Below are positions 18,828 to 26,464 of a stretch of 64,000 nucleotides of DNA, in pieces; within the stretch, counting starts at the first letter, position 1; the number at the start of each line of letters is the position of its first letter. The stretch spans positions 36,956 to 100,955 of the forward strand of contig JARGFM010000012.1 of NCBI GenBank assembly GCA_029210725.1. The letters run 5' to 3'. The notes beneath the pieces were generated by a model. The model made no database searches, was not told the origin of the DNA, and saw nothing but the letters and a program-made list of their open reading frames with translations. This stretch comes from Bacteroidales bacterium. Its GTDB lineage: Bacteria > Bacteroidota > Bacteroidia > Bacteroidales > GCA-2748055. The position numbers and the translations under genes are program-made.

Positions 18828-19401
18828 ATGAAGTGCCTGCGAAACATATGCATAAGGCTGCTTTTAGGGATGGGAATGATCTTTTTAAGTCAGTGTTCCC
18901 CCTATGCGGGAAAAAGTCTGTTGCACTTTTTCTTTGATGGGGTTCCGGATGCAGACACCATCTCTGTGGCCTCTGCAGATCCAGGAATCGCAGACCCCGA
19001 TTCAACTTTGATGGCCTCCGGTCAAAGGGCTCCGGATGAAGCGGAGCTGTTCATCCACTATCCTTATGGAGAGCGGGAATGCGCCTCCTGTCATAATAAG
19101 AGCTCGCTGGGAAGCATGACAGAACCCCAGCCTGCACTTTGCTATATCTGTCACGAAGATCTGACCGGACAATTTAACTACCTGCATGGACCGGTTGCCG
19201 GGGGGGTACTGCACCGCCTGTCACGATCCCCATAGCTCGGGGAATGAGATGCTGCTCAGGTTTACCGGTGAAAAGCTCTGTTTCTATTGCCATAAGGCTG
19301 GTAGTGTCATGCGAAACGAGATGCATGAAGGGATTGAGGGCATGCTTTGTACCGATTGCCATAATCCGCACGGGGGAGAAGATAACTATATTTTTCAATA
19401 G
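18828..19401 (+). pseudogene. pentahaem lipoprotein c-type cytochrome (Cyt2) with +1 frameshift in a G7 run (19200-19206)
   Basis: Lipobox FLSQC. Frame A ends ...YLHGPVAGG and frame B continues YCTACHDPHSS.... Removing one G restores the repeated HxPxxxGxCxxCHxPH unit. Haem motifs are CASCH, CYICH, CTACH, CFYCH and CTDCH. Confidence 0.7.
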
Positions 19402-19419
19402 CCAGCAGACCATAAAAGG

Positions 19420-21264
19420 GTGAACCGATTCAGAACCATATTGCTTCTTGCAGCCTTGCTTAATCCGATCTGCTCGTTCGCACAGGCACAGCGCTCAGCA
19501 GGTATCTGGTACCTCAGGAATATTTCGGGGGAGCTGGATCTGAAGGGGCAGTACAGGCAGCTGGTAAGCTCATTCAATGAGATTACCGAGGACCAGAGAA
19601 GTACCTACCTCCTGAGCGGACTGAAGCTGAATACCAGCAGCTACCTCTGGGACAAGGATATATTTCTGATTGATCTGAATGCTGCCTACAGCCCGGAGTT
19701 AAGGGATTAAAAGTACATTACTGTTCCCGACCGGTCGGAAGTAAGGACCCTGAAGAAGGTGGACCTGAAGACCACTCTCTTTAATAACAAAGCGGTGAGC
19801 CTGCAGGGCTTTTATAATTTCGATCAGAGCTATTACAACCGCGAGCTACTTACCAATGTCAGATCCAACAACCGGCAATGGGGAGGGATCCTTTCCCTCC
19901 ATAACAGCTTCCTGCCTATAAGTTTGACATACAGGGATCAGATGTGGAGTCAGGAAGAGATACAGTCCGGGCGGACCTTTAACATGGACCAGCAGAATAT
20001 GGAGGCCAGGACTTCCAGGTCTTTCGGAGCAAGGGATCGTACCGAATTGCTCTATTCTCATCAGAATTATATTTACCGTTATGCAGAGCTTCACCGGACC
20101 GTGCATCAAATCGATCGTTTGGCATTCAATAACAGCCTCTTTTTTGATGCAGCCAGGAAGTATAATCTGAATTCCCGGTTTACATGGTACGATCAGGAAG
20201 GGACCACCAGTTTCAGGCGTGTGGAGCTTCTGGAAGGTCTTTCCATGCAGTTGCCCCGTCATTTGAAACTGAGGACCAGTTTTAATCTTTACGGGCTAAA
20301 GGATCCGGTACAAACCTGAAACCAGAAAAGAACCCGGGCCTCCCTGCAGCATAAACTGTTCCAGAGCCTGACCACCAGGCTCTACATGAAGTACACCCGG
20401 CATGAGCATTCAACGGAGGGAATGCCGGGGATGCTCCAGGTGATCCGGGAAGAACAGAGCATTTCCGACGGGGAGGTGACACTTTTGAAGAAGCCCTATG
20501 TGCAGGATCTGTCGGTCGTTGTCAGGGACGCGAACGGATTCATGATCTACCAGCTTAATTTTGATTATATCCTGATTAAGCGGGGCAGCTTTACGGAGAT
20601 CCAGCGAGTTCCGGGCGGCTTGATACCCAACGGGGCTGCGGTCTATATCGATTACAGCTATCAGCAACCAGGTTCCTACTCTTATGGGGCCAACAACAAT
20701 TATTTTAGTGCAAGTGTCCTCTTGTTCAACAGCTTGTTAGAGCTTTATTACCAGTATTCCATCCAGGACTATCCCAGGGTGGATCAGGGTGACCTGCTCA
20801 CCCTGAACTACTTCCGTCAACATTTGTATGGAGTTCGTCTGGATCTGGGATTTGCCAGGGCCGGTGTGGAGGCCGACCTGTTCAACAGCAATATCATCCC
20901 TTACCGGATGAGGCGATATTATATGGATGTGAACTGGAATCTCAGGTCCAGACTGTTGCTTACACTAAATGGAAATATCCGGGATTACAATATGATTGCA
21001 GATGAGGTGGATCAGTGCTACGCCAATCTTTCCGGGAAGATGGTGTACCGGATCAGGCCAGGCATGAGAGTCAGCCTGGAGTCGGGATACCTGAATCAGC
21101 GCGGGTCACATATCGATCTGGATCTGCTTACCTCCAGGGTCGAATTTCAATCCGCCTTTAACAAACTTCAGCTCAGGCTTGGACTGGAGATGTACAGACG
21201 GCTTTATATGAACAGTGAGTTTGCCTTTAATGGAGCGTATGTACAATTAACCAGAAGATTTTAA
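19420..21264 (+). pseudogene. large outer-membrane beta-barrel protein (about 614 codons) interrupted by in-frame TAA (19708-19710) and TGA (20317-20319)
   Basis: A GTG start encodes the signal peptide MNRFRTILLLAALLNPICSFAQA. Three ORF-track pieces (19420, 19759, 20386) are all in one frame. The sequence is Tyr/Asn/Ser-rich with an alternating pattern, and the C-terminus ...NGAYVQLTRRF ends in Phe as in BAM substrates. Confidence 0.6.
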
Positions 21265-21268
21265 CAGT

Positions 21269-22150
21269 GTGCTTATGATACAATGGCTGATAGTAGATAT
21301 CCTGATCGTTCTGACGGTTCCCTTCAGCAGATCGGCCACCCCGGATACGGGGCAGGAGCCCTTCTCAGAGTGCAGGGAGTGCCATTCGGATCTGGTGGAG
21401 CAGGAGATCATGCACTATCCGGCCGGGGATGCCTGCAATAACTGTCACGAATCCACCGGCGCATCCCATCCTTCAGAAGACAGCGCTGGATTTCGATTGA
21501 TGGACCAGATACCCGTGCTCTGTTTTTACTGTCATGAGGAGAACGGACCAGTAAGTTTTGCTCATAAACCCGTTGAAGATGGCAACTGTCTGGGATGTCA
21601 CGATGCCCACGGTTCATCGGAGTCTTCCCTTTTGCTTGCCGGGGATCCGGATCTGTGCCTCTCCTTTCACAACCGGGAATACAGGTCCGACTCTACGGAA
21701 ACAGCAAATATCGGCCGGCTTGTCAAGGGGAAAATGACGGCACATTCGGCCATCCCGGGCGGAGGGTGCATGTCCTGTCACCAGGCCCATGGCTCCGGCT
21801 TCCGGTCCCTGCTGGTGGACCTGTATCCGGAGGAGGACTACCTGCCGGCACTTACTGAGAATTTCGGGCTCTGTTTTCTTTGCCATGATACCGACCTTCT
21901 GGAAGCCGGGGAGACTGAATGGGGCACCGGGTTCAGGAATGGGAAGAAGAATCTTCACAGGCTTCATATAAACGGGAACAAAGGAAGGAACTGCCGGATG
22001 TGTCATAACATTCACGGATCGCCCCGGCCCTTTCTGGTGGAGGAGCAAATTGTCTTTGGGTCCTGGGAGATGCAGATGAATTTTATTCCTGATGAGCAGG
22101 GGGGATCCTGTCTTCCCGGATGTCACGGAAAACTGTCATACCAGAGGTAA
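21269..22150 (+). CDS. multihaem c-type cytochrome (Cyt3): 7 CXXCH, 1 degenerate CLSFH and a terminal CX3CH
   Basis: 293 aa. Haem motifs are CRECH, CNNCH, CFYCH, CLGCH, CMSCH, CFLCH and CRMCH, arranged in a regular repeat (HxPxxxGxCxxCH...LL...LCxxCH). There is one broken site, CLSFH, and a C-terminal CLPGCH. Confidence 0.75.
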   Translation: MLMIQWLIVDILIVLTVPFSRSATPDTGQEPFSECRECHSDLVEQEIMHYPAGDACNNCHESTGASHPSEDSAGFRLMDQIPVLCFYCHEENGPVSFAHKPVEDGNCLGCHDAHGSSESSLLLAGDPDLCLSFHNREYRSDSTETANIGRLVKGKMTAHSAIPGGGCMSCHQAHGSGFRSLLVDLYPEEDYLPALTENFGLCFLCHDTDLLEAGETEWGTGFRNGKKNLHRLHINGNKGRNCRMCHNIHGSPRPFLVEEQIVFGSWEMQMNFIPDEQGGSCLPGCHGKLSYQR

Positions 22151-22153
22151 GCG

Positions 22154-23179
22154 ATGGAGAGAATGAGATATAGAGGGCCATGTAATGAGCGGGTAAAAGA
22201 GTATGAAAGGGCTGTCCGGACGGGCATGATGCTTATGCTGCTCCTTCTGTTCGTACTTCCCTTAAAGGCTCAGTCCGCAGAAGAATACCGTGTGAAATGG
22301 ATCGGGGAGTACCCCGGGGAAAGGGGAGAAAAAAGGACCAGCTTTGGCGACCGGCTATCCAGGATTGTATTCGGGCAGAAGCCGCAGGATCTGATGAAGC
22401 CCTTTAATGTGGTGGCTGTAGATCAGGAGCAGTTCTGGATTCTCGACCAGGGAGCAGGGGGAGTGTTTCAGGTGGCCGGTGGTCAGGGAGCCTGGATCCG
22501 GCCCCTCAGGCGAGCTGAGCTGGAATACCCTTCCCTGGTGGGGATCTGCCGGATGCCTGGCGGAGACTTGCTTCTCACCGATTCCAGACTAAACAGGGTG
22601 TTGCGCATTTCCGAAGGCCAGTTGATGATTTTCGGAGATTCCATCCCCCTGGATCAGCCAACCGGAATAGCCTGTAACAGAAGCAACGGAGAGGTCTGGG
22701 TGGTGGAGACCGGGGAACATCAGCTCACCAGGATCAGCAGTGAGGGGAAATTGATTGAGAAGATCGGGGGAAGGGGTACAGGTCCCGGTCAGTACAATTT
22801 TCCGACCTTTTTATGGATCGATCAGGAGGGCCGGATTTACGTTGTTGATTCAATGAATGATCGCATTCAGATTCTGAACCAGGAGGGGGCCTGTCTTGGG
22901 TCTTTTGGAGAATCGGGCGATGCTACGGGGTATATGGCCCGGCCCAAAGGAATCGCAACGGATTCAAAGGGAAACATTTACGTGGCCGATGCACTTTTTC
23001 ACGCAGTTCAGATTTTTGATAGTCAGGGACAATTCCTCTACAGTTTCGGAAGCCAGGGGCAGGGTCCGGGTGAGTTCTGGATGCCTGCAGGCCTTTATAT
23101 CGATGAAAAGGACCATATTTTTGTAGCTGACACCTACAATGCCAGGGTCCAGGTTTTTCAACTGGAAAAAGAAAATTGA
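22154..23179 (+). CDS. NHL-repeat six-bladed beta-propeller protein (NHL2)
   Basis: 341-aa ORF. The likely start is at 22226 (MMLMLLLLFVLPLKAQS signal). NHL blades include GPGQYNFPTFLWIDQEGRIYVVDSMNDRIQIL, ARPKGIATDSKGNIYVADALFHAVQIF and GPGEFWMPAGLYIDEKDHIFVADTYNARVQVF. Confidence 0.75.
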   Translation: MERMRYRGPCNERVKEYERAVRTGMMLMLLLLFVLPLKAQSAEEYRVKWIGEYPGERGEKRTSFGDRLSRIVFGQKPQDLMKPFNVVAVDQEQFWILDQGAGGVFQVAGGQGAWIRPLRRAELEYPSLVGICRMPGGDLLLTDSRLNRVLRISEGQLMIFGDSIPLDQPTGIACNRSNGEVWVVETGEHQLTRISSEGKLIEKIGGRGTGPGQYNFPTFLWIDQEGRIYVVDSMNDRIQILNQEGACLGSFGESGDATGYMARPKGIATDSKGNIYVADALFHAVQIFDSQGQFLYSFGSQGQGPGEFWMPAGLYIDEKDHIFVADTYNARVQVFQLEKEN

Positions 23180-23180
23180 G

Positions 23181-24656
23181 ATGAGACAATTCCCAGCCAT
23201 AGCACTGCTCCTCCTGGTCCTGATCCCTGCCTTAGCCGGAGCCCAGTCCATTGTTACCACGGTTCATAACCTCTCCGTATCGGGTCCTGGGGATGTGCGG
23301 GCCGTATCGGAATCGGAAATCTGCATTTTCTGTCATACTCCGCACCACAGCCTGCCGGCCAGTCCGCTCTGGAACAAGGATGACCGGGGATATACCTACA
23401 CACTTTATCACAGTTCCACCGCTGAGGCTGTGCCGGGTCAGCCCGATGGTGCTTCCATTCTCTGTCTCAGCTGTCATGATGGCACCACCGCACTCGGACA
23501 GGTATTGAGCCGGACAGGCGATATTGGCTTTTCGGGAGGAATCAGCACCCTCCCTCCGGGGACTTCAAATATTTCCACCGATCTGGCCGATGATCATCCG
23601 ATCTCCTTTGATTATACGACCGGACTGGCGGCAGCCGACGGACAGTTAAAGGACCCCGCGGCTCTTGTACCTCCTGTTGCTCTGTTCAGTGGCCGCATGC
23701 AGTGTACCTCCTGCCACGATCCCCACAGGAACCTGACCAATGATTTCCTGGTGCTGACCAAGCAGTTTTCGGAGCTGTGCTTTAGCTGTCATAACCGTAA
23801 TTTCTGGTCTTTTTCATCCCATTCCAATTCTACGGCTGCCTGGAACGGAAACGGGACCGATCCCTGGCCACATACCACTTATCAGACGGTGGCCGAAAAT
23901 GCATGCGAGAGCTGTCATATTCCGCACAATGCATGAAACAGCCAGCGGCTCCTGAATGAACTCGCCGAAGAGAATAACTGTCTTCCCTGTCACAATGGGA
24001 ATGTGTCGTCCACCAACATCCTGGCCCAGCTGACCAAGCCCTACCTGCATAATGTGTATGCATACAACCTGGAGCATGATGCTGCAGAGGATCCGCTGGT
24101 GCTTTCCATGCATGTGGAGTGCGAGGATTGCCATAATCCGCATGCTGTAAGCAATACACCTGCCCTGGCCCCGGCCGCCAATGGATTTCTCACCGGGATC
24201 TCCGGGGTGGATCAGAGCGGGAACCCGGTGGATCCCATTCAGTATGCTTATGAGCTTTGTTACCGTTGCCATGCCGACAGTCCGGCCAAACCGACCAGTC
24301 TGACCACCCGGCTGATTGAGCAGAATAATGTGATACTGGAGTTTGATCCGGCCAATCCCTCGCATCACGCACTTACTTCGGCAGGGGCCAATCCCAATGT
24401 CCCCAGTCTGATTGCTCCTCTTAGCGAATCAAGCATGATCTACTGTACGGATTGCCATGCCTGTCATGATCCGCACGGAATCAGTCATAACCAGGGCAAC
24501 AGCACCAACCATGCCCATCTGATCAACTTCGACAGGAGCATGGTCTCACCTGCCAATAATGGTTTGCTGCAATTCGAGAGCCTGGGCGTGTTCTCAGGCC
24601 GTTGCTACCTGAATTGTCATGGTCAGAATCACATGGGATTTGCCTTTGAGTATTAA
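23181..24656 (+). pseudogene. about-decahaem c-type cytochrome (Cyt4) interrupted by in-frame TGA at 23934-23936
   Basis: The ATG at 23181 encodes the signal MRQFPAIALLLLVLIPALAGAQS. Motifs CIFCH, CLSCH, CTSCH, CFSCH and CESCH precede HIPHNA-TGA-NSQRLLNELAEENNCLPCH, all in the same frame. CEDCH, CYRCH, CTDCH(ACH) and CYLNCH follow. Confidence 0.7.
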
Positions 24657-24675
24657 CTCCGGTACCGGGTGGATT

Positions 24676-26052
24676 TTAGGTGATTTTTTCAAGCTCCACG
24701 GTAAAATGACGCATAATCGGGGCCTCATAAGTGATCTTGTACCCCGAGTGGATCTGCTCTTTGCGTTTATGAATGTTGATCAGTGCAGCGGCCACATAAT
24801 CCATATGGTTCCTGGTATACACCCTCCGGGGGATGGTTAAGCGCAGCAGTTCTAACCTGGGATACCGGTTCTCACGGGTTTCCGGATCCCGGTCGGCCAG
24901 GAGGGTCCCGATTTCCACGGCCCTGACTCCCGATTCCAGATATAGTTCTGCCGCCAGTGTTTGTGCGATAAACTCTTCCCTGGGCACCCCAGGCAGAAAG
25001 CGGGCGGCATCGACAAAAATGGCATGTCCCCCAAATGGTTCCTGCACGGGAACTCCTGCTTTCCTGAGCAGCTCACCCAGGTAGTGGACCTGGGTGATCC
25101 TGCTTTCCAGGTAGCTATAGGTGGAGGCCTCTTCCAGCCCCTGAGCCAGGGCGGCCATATCCCTTCCCGACATGCCCCCGTAGGTGATGAATCCTTCAAA
25201 CATGATATTAAAGGTGGATGCTTCCCGGAAGAGGTCCCTGCTCCTGAGAGCAATGAATCCGCCCATATTCACAATTCCGTCTTTCTTGCTGCTCATGGTC
25301 ATTCCATCGGCACAGGAGAACATCTCCCGGATGATGTCCCTGATCGAATGATCCTTGTAGCCTTTCTCCCTGGTCTTGATGAACCAGGCATTTTCTGCAA
25401 ACCTGGCCGCATCAAAGACTACGGGGATCCCGTATTGATCGGCAAAATTGCGCACTGCCTTCAGATTCTCCATACTCACGGGCTGGCCTCCTGTGGAGTT
25501 GCAGGTGACTGTAACAATTATCAGCGGAATCCGCTCCTTCCCGTAGACCTGAATCAAATTTTCAAGTTTACTTAAATCGAGGTTTCCTTTAAAAGGGTGG
25601 TACTTCCGGGTGTCTCCGGCCTCATCGATGGTACAGTCAAAGGCGCGGGCCTTTCTAAACTCAATATGTCCCTTGGTTGTATCGAAATGTGCATTACCCG
25701 GTACCACTTGTCCCTCCTTCACCAGCACCGAAAAGAGCACATTTTCAGCGGCTCGTCCCTGATGGGTGGGAAGAACGTAGGGGAAGCCTGTCAGAGAGGT
25801 GATTACCTCCTTCATCCGATCAAAGGACCGGCTTCCGGCATAGGCTTCGTCACCGCTCATCAGGGCGGACCACTGCTCCTGGCTCATGGCCCCGGTTCCG
25901 GAGTCGGTCAGCAGGTCGATAAATACCTGTGTGCTCTTCAGGTTAAACAGGTTATAATGTGCCTCCCGGAGCCACTCTTCCCGCTCCGCCCTGGTGCTGG
26001 GATGCATGGGTTCGACCATTTTTATTTTATAGGGTTCTGCGTATGGTAACAT
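24676..26052 (-). CDS. beta-eliminating lyase (tryptophanase / tyrosine phenol-lyase family)
   Basis: 458 aa. DLLTDSGTGAMS motif, PLP-lysine context MSSKKDGIVNMGG, and a C-terminal RLTIPRRVYT. I cannot separate TnaA from TPL by eye. Confidence 0.8.
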   Translation of the reverse strand: MLPYAEPYKIKMVEPMHPSTRAEREEWLREAHYNLFNLKSTQVFIDLLTDSGTGAMSQEQWSALMSGDEAYAGSRSFDRMKEVITSLTGFPYVLPTHQGRAAENVLFSVLVKEGQVVPGNAHFDTTKGHIEFRKARAFDCTIDEAGDTRKYHPFKGNLDLSKLENLIQVYGKERIPLIIVTVTCNSTGGQPVSMENLKAVRNFADQYGIPVVFDAARFAENAWFIKTREKGYKDHSIRDIIREMFSCADGMTMSSKKDGIVNMGGFIALRSRDLFREASTFNIMFEGFITYGGMSGRDMAALAQGLEEASTYSYLESRITQVHYLGELLRKAGVPVQEPFGGHAIFVDAARFLPGVPREEFIAQTLAAELYLESGVRAVEIGTLLADRDPETRENRYPRLELLRLTIPRRVYTRNHMDYVAAALINIHKRKEQIHSGYKITYEAPIMRHFTVELEKIT

Positions 26053-26464
26053 GAGATATCGTATTGGAAATGAACTATAAATGCTGAGTTGGAAAAACGG
26101 GGGATAGCCTCGTGCCGGCAGGGGCTGTCTGGCAAGCGCCGGACGCTAAAATTTGTCCCGTTGTTTGATATTGAGGAACAGGCGTTTGGAAGTGATATCC
26201 ATATAAATATTCATACCAGGTACAAAGATAAGCCGATGCGGCCAATTAAGATGGAAGAGAAGGATGTTCTTGGGCATTTAGCTTGCCCTGATCTCTTCTT
26301 CAGCTTCTTTCATCCTGCAAAAAGCTGTGTATAAGATCTATTTCTGCCCCCCCCGTTTCAGATAAAATACCCAATTATGGGGATCAGGCGCAAGCAATTC
26401 TGTTCTATTTTTGCAAATCAGTGATCCTTATACAGATTTGTTTGTTATACTAGTCTCAAAGTAG

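Noticed and set aside
17161-23936. Stop-codon recoding (pyrrolysine at TAG, selenocysteine at TGA, or a reassigned genetic code) as the explanation for the in-frame stops in the cytochrome operon.
   Set aside because: All three stop codons (TAG, TAA, TGA) occur as internal stops, and the same three codons terminate the many normal genes in the window. The positions are not Cys or redox sites. I saw no obvious SECIS-like hairpin and no pyl or sel genes in the window. Pseudogenisation or sequence error is the simpler explanation.
26053-26464. A TnaC-like leader peptide or small gene upstream of the tryptophanase-like gene. This includes the 81-aa plus-strand ORF at 26089-26334 and a 43-codon minus-strand ORF, MPKNILLFHLNWPH....
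   Set aside because: There is no similarity to TnaC and no convincing ribosome-binding or attenuator arrangement. The ORFs are short and unsupported. The region cannot be judged without transcript data.
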